Origin: Octopus vulgaris | Lineage: Eukaryota | Length of the DNA stretch: 64,000 nt | Reading direction: 5' to 3' | Assembly: GCA_951406725.2 (NCBI GenBank) | Contig: OX597819.1 | Coordinates: 130,758,001 to 130,822,000 of the forward strand | Shown: positions 1 to 18,678 of the stretch, piece after piece | How the letters are laid out: each line of letters begins with the position of its first letter | Position numbering within the stretch: position 1 is the stretch's first letter | The notes under the pieces: generated by a model | Told to the model about the DNA's origin: nothing | Database searches by the model: none | Seen by the model: the letters and a program-made list of their open reading frames with translations, nothing else | Translations under genes and position numbers: made by a program

Positions 1-239
1 TAGGTGCCATGGACCCCCTTTGATCCCTGTTTTATTCTTCTTGACTTCCAGAGCCATTCAATGTATATAAATAAATCTTAGTGTATTTTTATAATTAAAT
101 ATTATTAGGAATTGTTTTAAAAAATTAAAATGTTTTGTTTATTGTAGAAAGTATTACGTTTTAATTGCACATAAATTTCAACAATAAACTCTTTTATGGA
201 ACCTCCAAGGGCCATATGAACCTTGGCTGAGAACCACTG
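1..239. mobile_element. hAT-type MITE, right part
   Basis: Ends in GAGAACCACTG (inverse of a CAGTGGTTC-type TIR). The body is homologous to copies at 18380-19080 and 54544-56448. Confidence 0.7.
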
Positions 240-339
240 ATTTAAATGCTTCATAATTCCATCCCATTTTGATTCCTTCGCCTTTCGTTTCTTTTCTTGG
301 TACATTCTTGGTCCACCAAGGGGGACACAAGAATATTCA

Positions 340-905
340 GCAATTCGGTTCTAGAATAAAAAACCAAATATGTCTTCTGCAGTGATTAAAGGTGTGTCCT
401 TTTGACATACTTTTTCAACTTCAATTTTAATTGGTTGCCATAACACAATGAATAGCATTAAATTCCTTGTCTGGTAAGACGAAAGATTGTATCATATCGA
501 AAATGACCTTTGCAATACAGCTTTTAAGGAACAAGAATCGTTCATCCTGTCTTCACACCATCGATTAATTATCTTTCATGACCTGTCTCCTCTTTAGCAT
601 ATTTCTTAAGTATTTCATTGTTTTCTTAGAGACAACGAAATTAACTGACAACTCTGCTCAGTTTTTCTTAATGTCGTCGCCAATTTACTTCAACAGAAGT
701 ATCTTCTGTGACTGGAGATATTTAATTAAATTCAATTTACTGCTGATCGATATGTTTATTAACCGCATTCATTACAGTAGAATCTAAATTTTGAACATCA
801 TCTTCGAGTGACCCGTCCAACTTAGACGTCGCCGTCGATGCACGGATCATTACTTAAAATAGCTTCGTCACATTTTGATTCAGTTTTCTTGCCAAGAACA
901 TCAGA
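340..905 (-). mobile_element. Decayed hAT transposase fragment
   Basis: Minus-strand peptides across stops and frameshifts: DVLGKK; RVVS*FRCL*ENNEILKKYAKEETGHER*LIDGVKTG* (like KNEILQKYVKEE..ELSLILDxKTRWNS); PIKIEVEKVCQKDTPLITAEDIF. Homologous to 42700-43500. Confidence 0.7.
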
Positions 906-1504
906 GACGACTGCGATGACGAACGTAGCGACAGGACGACGACGACGACCGCAGTAACAGTAAAGATGAGTTTGGGAGGTTTTGATTTTCTTTTTAAAGG
1001 GAATTGTTTGTGTTTTTGTTTTCCTCTTTTCCTATATTTTTTCTTGTGTTCTTCCCCCTTGCTCCATTTCCTTTTGCTCGCTGCCTCTGCTTTAAAATTG
1101 GATTGCGAGTGTTTCGGCATAAGGAGCAGTCAAGAACTGGGCTCGATTTAGTCGGCAACACACCTCTCCTTACCGAGGGCCTACATTCAAGATCATTGCT
1201 ATTATAAAGTAGTCGTGATTTGTAGAAGACTGAATGGCTGAGAGATTCGCTTCGCTGTCAAAAGATACGGAGTTCGATTCCACTATGTAGTGGCATCTTG
1301 TGAAAATGCCTTCAGTTATGGTTTCAAACTGGACACACGGAATCTGAATGAAATGCCATACAAGAGGCCAATCTTATTACGCTTATCATGTCTTGGCCAA
1401 GTGTCTTCAGCTATATCCCCAGGCAGGTCTAACTGGAGTTGGTAGACGGAAACTGAAAGAAGCCCATCGTATAGATAGATAGATTTATATATATATATAT
1501 ATAT

Positions 1505-1735
1505 ATTCTTTTATTCTTTTACTTGTACCAGTCATCTGACTGCAGCCATGTTGGTGCACCGCCTTAAAGGGTTTTGGTCGAAGAAATCAACCCACAGGAC
1601 TTATTCTTTGTAAACCTAGTACTTATTCTATCAGTCTCTTTTACCGAACCGTTATGTTACGGGGAGATAAACACACCACCATTGGTTGTGAAGCGGTGAC
1701 GAAGGACAAACATACGCAAAGAAACAAGCACATAC
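1505..1735 (-). mobile_element. SINE family A, 3' half
   Basis: Matches the tail of family A copies such as 27730-27969. Confidence 0.75.
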
Positions 1736-2061
1736 ATACATATGTATACATATATACATATACATACATACACACACACACACATACATACATACATACA
1801 TACATACATACATACATACATACATACATACATACATACATACATACTCTTTACTCTTTACTATTTTACTTGTTTCAGTCATTTGACTGCGGCCATGTTG
1901 GAGCACCGCCTTTAGTCGAGTAAATCAACCCCGGAACTTATTCTTTGTAAGCCCAGTACTAATTCTATCGGTCTCTTTTGCCGAACCGCTAAGTGACGGG
2001 GACATAAACACACCAGCATCGGTTGACAAGCAATGCGAGGGGGACAAACACAGACACACAA

Positions 2062-2095
<34 letters not shown>

Positions 2096-2096
<1 letters not shown>

Positions 2097-2369
2097 ATAA
2101 ATATTAGGGAATAAATCCAAAATTACAGGGAAAAAAAATCAGATTTAGGATTAAATCCAATTTTATAGTAAAATATTATATAATATTAATTCGAGACAAA
2201 ACCGTCTTCATAAATTAAAACTGACTAGAAGATCGGAAATCCACCTGACGAATGTCATTTGAAGACATGAAACAATTGTAGTGGCGATTTATTTACTTTA
2301 TATTAAAATTTTTATGTATTGATTAAGTCTTTCCTTGTTTGATTTGCAAAATAGTGGTTTTGTCTCGAA

Positions 2370-2380
<11 letters not shown>
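2096..2380 (+). mobile_element. Penelope-like element remnant in (TA)n
   Basis: Carries a hammerhead motif and inverted arms 2177-2203/2356-2382; (TA)n on both sides. Confidence 0.6.
2241..2284 (+). ncRNA. Type-I hammerhead ribozyme, canonical core
   Basis: ccac-CTGACGA-atgtc(atttgaa)gacat-GAAA-caattg-TA-gtgg. Stem I ccac/gtgg, stem II 5 bp, palindromic stem III, GUA cleavage triplet. Confidence 0.9.
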
Positions 2381-2432
<52 letters not shown>

Positions 2433-2596
2433 TACGACAGGCTTCTTTTCAATTTCCTTCTACCAAATCCACTCACAAGGCATTGGTCGGCCCGGGGCTA
2501 TAGCAGAAGACACTTGCCCAAGGTGCCACGCAGTAGGACTGAACCCGGAACCATGTGGTTGGTTAGCAAGCTACTTACCACACAGCCACTCCTGCG

Positions 2597-2759
<163 letters not shown>

Positions 2760-2989
2760 TGCAGGCAGCTGTAAGCAATGTTTACCAAAAAGAAAAGCTA
2801 TAACCATCATTAAATATGACTGAGGGTCTTAAAATACCTACATTGCTAGAAAAAGGAGCTAAACGCTCTAATACTGCATTCAACGCACATAATTATAAGG
2901 AAGCACTCCGTCGGTTACGACGATGACATAATTATATACATACATGCTGACAGAGACTATAATCGCCCGAAAAGCAGCGGTCGAGATAT

Positions 2990-3040
2990 TCCCAGATTGA
3001 TCGGTTAGTTTCGGTTTTCGCCGTAACCTCTTCAGTGGGA
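2990..3040 (-). ncRNA. Hammerhead ribozyme motif with decayed stem III
   Basis: Minus strand: tccca-CTGAAGA-ggtt(acggcgaa)aacc-GAAA-ctaaccgatcaa-TC-tggga. Stems I and II are perfect; stem III is mismatched. Confidence 0.7.
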
Positions 3041-3249
3041 TCGGCCCGACTCGGCTGTTCTCGTACGAAGATCACTTCCAGTATATATGGACAACTGCTT
3101 TTCGGACAATTACGGTCCCTGTCAGTATGCATGTACACAGTTATGCGCGTTGACAACTGCATTAGAGCGTTTACCTTTTATTTCTAGCAATATAGGTGTT
3201 TCTAACACCCCCAGTCATATATCATCCTATCTATCTAACTATCTGCCTA

Positions 3250-3328
<79 letters not shown>

Positions 3329-3330
<2 letters not shown>

Positions 3331-3725
3331 GACGAACTTCTTTCAGTTTCGATCGACCAAATCCACTCACAAGGCTTCGGTCGGCTTGAGGCTATAGTAG
3401 AAGACACTTGCCCAAGTTCCACCAAAGTGGGACTGAACGCGGGACCATGTGATCGGGAAGCAAGCTTCTTATCACGCAATCACGCCTGCACTCACACACA
3501 CACATAACTATTTGTATTCATCTTTTTGTGTGTTCGTCCTCCAACACCGCTTGACAAAATGTGTTGATATGCTTACGTCCTCGTAACTTAATTTTACGGC
3601 ACGAGACACTGAAAGAATAAGAAGCAGATTTCGGTAAAAAAAAAGAACTGTGTCCAATTTGTTCGAAGAAAAACCCTTCAAGGCGGTACTCTAGCATGGC
3701 TGCAGTCCAATGACTGAAACAAATG
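3329..3725. mobile_element. SINE family A fragments (minus-strand head 3329-3490, plus-strand tail about 3520-3725)
   Basis: Diverged matches to family A. Confidence 0.65.
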
Positions 3726-3882
3726 GGTCTATAGACATCTCAGCTACTTACAGGGCAAGGCAGGATGAACTGTATGACAGTCAGGCTTGTCACCGTCTGT
3801 GACGCGCTAATTCATCTGCTTGAAGGTCACGTTAGAGGTACGGATGTGTGAGATACACTTAGCTACCAGCCGTATTGTTTGT

Positions 3883-4181
3883 TCCTTCTCGAACCATGCC
3901 TGGCTCATAAGGGCCGGTTTCCCGGTTTCCTTGGCGTATAGGTTCCCCACCTAGACGGGACGCCGGTCCGTCGCAGGTGAGCTGCAAGATGCAGGAGGAA
4001 AGAGTGAGAGAGAAAGTTGTGGCAAAAGAGTCAGCAGAAGTTCACCATTACCTTCTGCCAGATCCATGTGAGGCTTAGGTGTTTCGCTCATAAACACACA
4101 CATCACTCGGTCTGAGATTCGAACCCACGATCCCTCGACCGCGACTCCGCTGCTCTAACCACTAGGCCATGTGCCTCCACA
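3883..4181 (-). mobile_element. SINE family C, tRNA-derived
   Basis: Minus-strand head GGAGGCACATGGCCTAGTGGTTAG...GGTTCGAATC with clear A and B boxes. Related heads at 19088, 37180-37220 and 46229. Confidence 0.85.
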
Positions 4182-4535
4182 CCAGCCGTATAGTAGTGTG
4201 TGAATAGTTGGTTCCGTTTAGAGGACAGCTGAAACACTCGTCTTTAATACCAACGGAGAATCCATTTAAATACTACTACTACTACTACTACTACCACTAC
4301 AGATGTTACTCCTGTCCTTGTTACAAAGTATTGTTATTGTTATCTAACAGTAACCTACTTTTGGATCTGGAAGAGAGAGATGGACGATAAGACAACGGCA
4401 ACACACATAGTTCCAGAGACATTCCTACACAGAAAGAGATATTAGACGCACACACACACACACGCATACCCACGAAGAAGATACCCAATGTGAAATAAGG
4501 GTGACAGACAGACCAGAAGTATCGAGATACCCACT

Positions 4536-5646
4536 GAGGAGGAGGGTGGAGGAAGAAGGGGAGGAGGAGGGTGGAGGAAGAAGAAGAGGAGGAGGGTGGA
4601 GGAAGAAGAAGAGGAGGAGGCTGGAGGAAGAAGGGGCGGAGGAGGCTGGAGGAAGAAGAAGAGGAGGAGGGTGGAGGAAGAAGAAGAGGAGGAGGGTGGA
4701 GGAAGAAAATAAAGAGAAAAAGGAGGATGACAAGAAGAAGAAGAAGAAGAAGAAGAAGAGCAACAACAACAACAACTACTGCTACATCAACAACAACAAC
4801 AGGATCAACAATATCGCCAACAACAATGACAAAAGCGATGACGAATACAAGACCAACAACAAATATAACAAAAACAATGGCAACTACAACAACATGAACC
4901 AAAAATTACAAGAAAGCCAACAGCTTCTTCTTCTTCTTCTTCTTCTTCTTCTCCTTCTTCTTCTCCTTCTTCTTCTTCTTCTTCTTCTTCTTCTTCTCCT
5001 TCTTCTTCTTCTTCTTCTTCTTCTTCTTCTTCTTCTTCTTCTTCTTCTTCTCTTTCTTCTTCTTCTTCTTCTTCTTCTTCTTCTTCTTCTTCTTCTTCTT
5101 CTTCTTCTTCTCCTCCTTCTTCTCTTTCTTCTTCTTCTTCTTCTTCTTCTTCTCCTTCTTCTCTTTCTTCCTCTTCTTCTTCTTCTTCTTCTTTTCCTCC
5201 TCCTCCTCCTCCTTCTTCTTCTTCTTCTTCTTCTTCTTCGTCTTCTTCTTCTTCTTCTTCTTCGTCTTCTTCTTCCTCTTCTTCTTCTTCGTCTTCTTCT
5301 TCTTCTTCTTCTTCTTCTTCTTCTCCTTCTTCTTCTGCTGCTGTTGCTGCTTCTGCTTCTCGTCATCCTCCTTTTTCTCTTTATTTTCTTCCTCTTCTTC
5401 TTCTTCTTCTTCTTTTCCTCCTCCTCCTCCTTCTTCTTCTTCTTCTTCTTCTTCTTCGTCTTCTTCTTCTTCTTCTTCTTCGTCTTCTTCTTCCTCTTCT
5501 TCTTCTTCGTCTTCTTCTTCTTCTTCTTCTTCTTCTTCTTCTTCTTCTCCTTCTTCTTCTGCTGCTGTTGCTGCTTCTGCTTCTCGTCATCCTCCTTTTT
5601 CTCTTTATTTTCTTCCTCTCCCTCCTCCTTCTCGTCGTCTTTCTTC
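4536..5646. repeat. (GGA/GAA)n, then (AAC)n, then about 720 bp of (CTT)n
   Basis: Seen directly; the source of the poly-L/K/R ORFs. Confidence 0.95.
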
Positions 5647-5945
5647 ACTAAAAAAAACTAGAACAACAGTAACAAGAGTAGGAATCCAGAGACACAGAGA
5701 CAAAGCTAGGGGCCAGAAAATGGACGATTCCCATAAATGGACGATTCCCATTGCCTTTTCCTAGAGAGAGAGAACAAACAGATTGTTGTTGTAAAGTAAA
5801 GAAATTTAGACGAAAAACTAGAATTTCGCAAAGACGTTGCACAATGGTCTCCACAGTAATAAATATAAATACACACATACATACACTTACAGGTATACAT
5901 GCAGACACATACACACACGATAATGTGTACATATGTACATATATA

Positions 5946-6370
5946 GGTGCAGGAGTGGCTGTGTGGTAAATAGCTTGCTAACCAACCACATGGTTCCGGG
6001 TTCAGTCCCACTGCGTGGCATTTTGGGCAAGTGTCTTCTGCTATAGCCCCGGGCTGACCAATGCCTTGTGAGTGGATTTGGTAGACGAAAACTGAAAGAA
6101 GCCTGTCGTATATATGTATATATATATATAAGTGTGTGTGTATATGTTTGTGTGTCCGTGTTTGTCCCCCTAGCATTGCTTGACAACCGATGCTGGTGTG
6201 TTTACGTCCCCGTCACTTAGCGGTTCGGCTTAGCGGTTCAGCAAAAGAGTCCGACAGAATAAGTACTGGGCTTACAAAGAATAAGTCCCGGGGTCGATTT
6301 GCTCGACTAAAGGTGGTGCTCCAGCATGGCCGCAGTCAAATGACTGAAACAAGTAAAAGAGTAAAAGAGT
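5946..6370 (+). mobile_element. SINE family A, full length
   Basis: Head, internal microsatellite and (GTAAAAGA)n tail all present. Confidence 0.9.
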
Positions 6371-6499
6371 ATATACAAAGTAATATATGCATTCACGCAT
6401 TTTAGTTATATCTACCATGAATACTCTCCCTTTGACTCTCTAACGTTCTCTTTTTCTCTCTTTTTTCACTCCCCCTCCCCTCACTCTATGTTTCTATCT

Positions 6500-12250
<5,751 letters not shown>

Positions 12251-12963
12251 ATTGATATAAATATGCATGTGCAATTACTTGTATATCACATACACAATAC
12301 GTTTGCCTCTGTTTAAATGAAAGTAATTTTCGTGGTATTGTGTTTATAGAAGATTCTGTACATGTGCGCGCGTGTTGTAACAAGAAATTTTTTGATTCAT
12401 CTAATCGAAGCATTTATTTAATGAGAGTCCAATGTATATGCGAAATAAATCAATTGATAAAATTAATCTCGAAAGTACCCATATAGATAATATATGCGTA
12501 TGTCTACATTGAACTGTCGACTCCTTGATGTTTAGATGTTCCTGCAACTGCTAGTCTCTTCATCTCGTGTTGAAAGCTTACTATAGATTGTAGTTGGACA
12601 CGAGGAGTGGAATGCAACTTTTTGTGGAAAGTAGAGAAAGAACGCCGTGAATACATTATGACCACTGTAAAAATCTTATTTAACCAACCGAGGTAGTGAA
12701 AATGACTCCAGAGTGCTCTACTAGGTTAAATAGTAAGTGTTGTAGAAAGCTCGTCATTAATTACACATCAATAACGTAGAAAGTCTATGTTTCTCTTCTT
12801 ATTCAACCTACAATCATTTTTTCTAATGTTAAGAAAAGACATAGTGTTTAATTTACGAATAATTGTTGAAAGCAAGTGTATACAAATTAGGCTAAATACT
12901 AATGTATAAGCCTAGTTTATGTAAAGTAGCTGATATATGTTCTTGACTTGGGAAGCCGGCTGC

Positions 12964-13013
12964 GTCTTCTCTGATGAGTGGTCAACAAACTATGAAATGG
13001 TTCATCAGGAGAC
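12964..13013 (+). ncRNA. Type-I hammerhead ribozyme
   Basis: gtcttct-CTGATGA-gtggt(caacaa)actat-GAAA-tg(gtt)ca-TC-aggagac. Stem I 7 bp with one G-U, AUC triplet. Confidence 0.8.
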
Positions 13014-13139
13014 TCCCTCCCTCTTTTTACCGCACATCAATAGCACAAAGACAATGTGTTTATATTCATGAAACACCTAAGGTGAATCTTTCTGATGTTC
13101 GAATACATTTTGTATTCTGATTTACGCTGTGCTGTGCAA

Positions 13140-13650
13140 GATTATATATAGATCGGAACAAGTGAAGAGGTGCTATTAGGACTAGTTGCAAGGCCCGGGA
13201 GGAGAAGATGGTTCAGCACGGTGAACTTAAAATGGCCTGCCGCAAAGGAACGATTGGAACTGTAATCAACAGTGAACATTGGATATGTATTATGTGTGAC
13301 CGTTTTCTGTTGTCAAAAGCAGGATACATGAATCATATGAAGTCACATGAAAATCGTAATGCCCAGACAGGTAATGATCTTGGACACCAACCGCCTCTTA
13401 CGATTTGTGTCATACGTCAAAAACCTTGTAAGACAATATCTGGACTTAAAAGACATATGCTAATTCACAACAAACATTCCTTCAGAATCAGATTCCAAAG
13501 GGCAAATATATAGAAGAAACACTTAAATAATATCTGTCACTTGTGTTTTAAACCCTGTTAGTCAGCAGCTGGTCTTCTCGTCAACGGAGGGATTGTGGTG
13601 TGTGATGGGGTGTGGTGGGTGTGTTTTGTTTGAACAGCTATCATCTGTCA
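13140..13650 (+). mobile_element. RTE-type LINE 3' end with C2H2 zinc fingers
   Basis: IDRNK*RGAIR (DRxxWR motif), then ORF 13208-13513 with CIMCDRFLLSKAGYMNHMKSH, a second degenerate finger and a third broken finger (CHLCFKPC*SAAGL). Confidence 0.65.
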
Positions 13651-13684
13651 AGATGAAACAATCATCATATATACATACATATAA

Positions 13685-13915
13685 GGCGGCGAGCTGGCAG
13701 AAACATTAGCACGCCGGGCGAAATACGTTGCCGTATTTCGTCTGCCGTTACGTTCCGAGTTCAAATTCCGCCGAGGTCGACTTTGCCTTTCATCCTTCCG
13801 GGGTCGATAAATTAAGTACCAGTTACGCACTGGGGTCGATGTAATCGACTTAATCCGTTTGTCTGTCCTTGTTTGTCTCCTCTGTGTTTAGCCCCTTGTG
13901 GGTAGTAAAGAAATA
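13685..13915 (+). mobile_element. SINE family B
   Basis: GGCGGCGAGCTGGCAGAA...GAGTTCAAATTCCGCC tRNA-like head, then GTCGACTTTGCCTTTCATCC body. Confidence 0.85.
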
Positions 13916-13938
13916 TATATACATACATATATATATAT

Positions 13939-14013
<75 letters not shown>

Positions 14014-14231
14014 AATAAATGTTTTTATATATAATGAACGTGAAATACAGGAAGGGACGAACACGGAACACAGACAAATCATTCGAAGCCTTCAATCTTC
14101 AGTCAGACACCGAATCATCATAGCAAATTTCGGCTGTTCAATTCTGATATTTGCTCCAACTCGGCCAGCCCCAAGAAAAAAAACTAAGCTGTAAGCATTA
14201 GATTTCTTGGTAGAAGACAGGAATGTGAACG

Positions 14232-14288
<57 letters not shown>

Positions 14289-14605
14289 ATAAATAATGAG
14301 AATGAAGAATTTGAACATTGAACCTTTATGCTTATTTCCATTTAGTTTAAATTTTCAAATCCTCCATTCTCCTTATTATCAATATTGCAATTTACACTCG
14401 AAGTAGCCAAGAAATAAACTGGAACATCGGATGAGTGCTTAAGGAAGATTAACAAAAAACGCGCCATCAGAAGGAACCAGCCTTAGCATTTTACTCAGAG
14501 AAATTCGGTATCTGCCTGGATATTATATCCCTCGCCTTACTATATGTGTGTGTATATATATATGGCAAATGAAAGACGGAAGATGGAATATACAATAATT
14601 TATTA

Positions 14606-14711
14606 ATCACGACAGTTGTTTCGACACATCTAGCATCGATCCTTCATGAGTGGGACACTGAACAACTGTTTCAGGAGCATCCGGCGGTGTAGATGTATCT
14701 CGTCAAGAGAT
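14606..14711 (-). ncRNA. Hammerhead ribozyme motif, U3 core, long stem II
   Basis: Minus strand: atctc-TTGACGA-gatacatcta(about 55 nt)tagatgtgtc-GAAA-caactg-TC-gtgat. Stem II 10 bp, GUC triplet. Confidence 0.75.
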
Positions 14712-14885
14712 AAATAGATACAACTCGTTAAAATAACAGTTCCACAATTGTCGTAGCTCATCTTATATACCAAGGCGAAACAATGTACATGATATCATTT
14801 CCAATCAGTTAAGATCAGAAGCCATGAGGGCTAGTGCCTGGAACTGCATCAGGGCATTTGTTGTTGTTGTTGTTGTTGTTGTTAG

Positions 14886-15085
14886 GGTGGCGAGCTGGCA
14901 GAAACATTAGCACGCCTGGCGAAATGCGTAGCCGTTACGTCCTGAGTTCAAATTCCGCCGAGATCGACTTTGCCTTTCATCCTTTCGGGGTCGATAAATT
15001 AAGTACCAGTTAAGCACTGGGGTCGATGTAATCGACCTAATCTCCTTCCCCAAGCTACGCTTGTGGAAAAACTTATTATTATTAC

Positions 15086-15134
<49 letters not shown>

Positions 15135-15139
15135 TTATC

Positions 15140-15213
<74 letters not shown>

Positions 15214-15487
15214 CATTATTATCATCACCATCATTATCATCATCGTCATCATCGTCATCATTATTATTCAGGCGGCGAGCCGGCAAAATCGTTAGCACAC
15301 TGAAGGAAATGCTTAGCGGTATTTCGCCCATCTTCACGTTCTGAGTTCAAATTCCTTCGAGGTCGACTTTGCCTTTCATTCTTTCGGGATCGATAAATTA
15401 AGTATCAGTGAAACACTGGGGTGGGTGTAATCGACTTAAACCCCACCCACCCAAATTTCAGGCCTTGTGCCTATAGTAGAAAGGATT
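14886..15487 (+). mobile_element. Two SINE family B copies (14886-15075, 15271-15487) separated by (ATT)n
   Basis: Family B head and body in both. Confidence 0.8.
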
Positions 15488-15490
15488 ATA

Positions 15491-15547
<57 letters not shown>

Positions 15548-17824
15548 GAAATTTCTAATCATTATCCCAGATATAGATAGTCAAATCTCTGTTCCGTAAT
15601 GATAATTTTATCAATCCAATACAGATTTAGATAGGTGTTCATAACAATATGTAAATGGATAGCGGAACTCATACAACGCTGGACATAATGAGCTATTTAA
15701 TAACGTCCATCATATTCAGATTTAATTCATACATTTTATAGCTGCGCTAGGGAGACACACTGTTCCCATTAACTTACGTACCCTCCGAGCCCAGAAAGTT
15801 TGGTGCTGTTTATATTCAACATTGATATCTGCAAGTCGACGTCTTAGAGAAAATATGTGCGTGGAAATGGTTTTCAGGAGGGTTAATATTCTAAGGTGAA
15901 TTCGAAATTGTGTAAGGTCAAGGCAGTAAGACACAACAATGTGACAACAAGGAAATACACGGATATTTTTAGTGGATTTGAAAAGTGTTATGAATCCACG
16001 CTGTTCGAAAGATCAGAGGCCGTTGTAGTGTCTCCAGTATCGTTAAATTTAGTTACAGTCAATTATTGAAAAAGGATTTTCCATTGTCTGTGCCTTCCAA
16101 GCAAATTTTCAGCCATTGTTATTAGAAAACGTTAGAAGTTAGTGGATTTCAAAATCATGCTTGTCATCTCAAACCGGATGAATGCTACGATAAGTCACCT
16201 TGAATAAAGCATAATTTATTTCATAACCTTAAGAGCCATTCTTTTAATTTAACATTAGCATCTTTACAATCAACAAATTTAGCAAAAAATAGTACAAATA
16301 CTGATTAGGGTTTTTCTCTGAAAACCCTTTTTTTTTTAATCTTTTTACCTAAAGACTGAAATTTCCTTCAGATTAAGAATTGCGGATTTAATCAAACAAA
16401 TGTAACAACATAACAACAAAAGCATATTTTATTTCCATGGCAATAATTTCTTACATGAAATATAATTTTTAAAAAATACGAATTATTTGATAAAAAAAAT
16501 TGTGAATTCACATAGTATTAAACGGGTACAATTGAACCAACGAAGGAGATCTACTTGCTGAAAATAGCAATCAAGTTTCTCACAAATTACGCACAATTTT
16601 CTTAAAAAGAAAACATAATATGGACAATTTAGCCATAGATGTTACAAAAAAGACGGTCTGAATTTCTCAAATGAGAATTTATCATTATTCGTCCCCGTAA
16701 CTTATTGGTCCTCAAAAGAGACCGATAGAATAAGTACCAAGCTTTCATGAAATAAGTATTGGGGTCGATTCATGCAACAAAAAAACTCTTCAATGCAGTG
16801 CCCCAGCATGACTGCAATCTAATGACTGAAACAAGTAAAAAGTAAGGTTTATTAGTTCAGAATACACAGCGGGGCTAAACAAGATCTAGTGGTGGTGGTG
16901 GTGATGGTGGTGGTGGTGGTGGTGGTGGTGGTGGTGGTTCTGTGGGTTGCAGGGGATTAAAAATTTTTAGGTGTGATACGAAACGTGGTAGTCTGCATTT
17001 CGTTGCTGTCCCGGATGTTTCCAAGTTTGCTGGAAATCCTAGATCTATTATATGCTTACTAAGTTTAACAAGTGTAACAACAAAAGCGCGTGTTTGATGT
17101 CCACAGCGCTGTGTTAAAGCGTCTGCATCTCTAGCCACAAATGTGTTGAGATAATTGACAACCAATCCGGTTGTAGACTGGTGACAGGTGACACAGTCTG
17201 TTGTGTGGTCCTATCTACCATCTTATTTCAGTCGATAAATTAAGGACCAGGCCAGAACGGTAGATTGCCAGTATCGTTAGGAAGTTGGATAAAATACCTT
17301 TCGGAGTCTGTTCCTGCTCTTTGTGTTTCGAGTTCAATTCTAGCCCGGGAATCGAAATAATGCATATATCGTTTATTTGTTTCAGTCATTTGACCACAGA
17401 CATACTGAGGTACCACCTTGAAGAATCGTTAGCACGGGGGACCAGTCTCGGTCTTTTCGTGGGAATCGACTCCAGTACTTAATCTATTTTAAGTCTGGTG
17501 CATATTCTATCGGATTCTTTGGCTGAAGCGCTCAGTTGGACGTAAACAGACCAACATTGTTGCGATAAAATTGCAAAAAACTCAAATTATTTCTGAAAAT
17601 CTTGTAAAAGATAATTTTTAATAAATAAAAAAAAAACATTATTTAGATTTGAATACAGAAAAGTTAAACGGATAACTGTGAGTCAAAATACTTTAAGTTT
17701 CTAAAATACTTTTCTACTCTAGGCACAAGACCCAAAATTTTGGGGAAGGAGGCCAGTCGATTAGATCGACCCCAGTACGCAACTGGTACTTAATTTAAGT
17801 TTGTAATATAGAGAAATAGAAGAC

Positions 17825-18025
17825 AGCGATCTAGCAGAATCGTTAGCACGGCGGGCGAAATGTTTAGCGGCATTTCAACCGCCTTTACTTTTCTCAGTTC
17901 AAATTCCGCCGGGGTCTACTTTGCCTTTCATCCTTTCAGGGTTGCTAAAATAAGTACCAGTTGAGTACTGGAGTCGATTCAATCTCCCAAAATTGCTGGT
18001 CCAGTGCCAAAATTTGAAACCAATA
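17825..18025 (+). mobile_element. SINE family B, diverged
   Basis: Head and body motifs present. Confidence 0.7.
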
Positions 18026-18039
18026 TAGAGAAATATAAC

Positions 18040-18352
18040 GAAGAAGCCTCTATGTATCCTACAAGAGAAGCCAGCCCTTAACTCCAAATGTAGCAGTTTA
18101 AAACCAATCAGAGATATAACCCAGGGAATAAAACATACATTTGAAACTGTGTGATTGAATCACTTGCTAAAAATAGCAGTCAAATATCCTGCTACATAAA
18201 GACTAACGACTTTAAAAAAGAATGTATTTGGAAATGTAAGCGTAGATACCGCCAAAAATTGGAACGATCAAGGGTGAGATGCCTTTGATCATAAGGTTGT
18301 TCACCCAGGGGTGGCCTTCAGCTAAACAACTCCAGCATCAACAATAACAACA
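18040..18352 (+). mobile_element. Dispersed repeat with (AAC)n tail, probably a LINE/SINE 3' end
   Basis: Homologous copies at about 16530-16680, 19520-19800, 19975-20200, 34270-34440, 54330-54540 and 56455-56570. Confidence 0.6.
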
Positions 18353-18379
18353 AAGAATACGACACAATAAAGATGGAAA

Positions 18380-18646
18380 CCCTGCATCAATCATTTTTGA
18401 CCTATGGACCCCTTTGATTCGTATTGTACTCTACCGAACACCCGTAGACATTCGATGTTTTAAAAAGTTCCAGGAGTGGCTGTGAGGGGAGTAACTTGCT
18501 TACCAACCACATGGTTCCGGGTTCAGTCCCACTGCGTGGCACCTTGGGCAAGTGTCTTCTACTATAGCCTCAGGCTGACCAAAGCCTTTTGAGTGGATTT
18601 GGTAGCCGGAAACTGAAAGAAGCCCGTCGTATATATATATGTGTGT

Positions 18647-18678
<32 letters not shown>

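Noticed and set aside
4100-4181. tRNA genes here and at 46229, 19088 and 37180
   Set aside because: A/B boxes are present but run into SINE bodies; no complete cloverleaf or terminator.
4501-5661. 386-aa ORF and the many YI/HTYI/MYVC/CV ORFs across the window
   Set aside because: Translations of stop-free microsatellites with no protein-like content.
13208-13513. C2H2 zinc-finger host gene
   Set aside because: No TGEKP linkers; preceded by an RTE-type DRxxWR motif with a stop and followed by a broken finger, so better explained as a LINE C-terminus.
14075-14190. Minus-strand CTGAAGA and CCGAAA motifs
   Set aside because: Stems I-III cannot be completed in any hammerhead topology.
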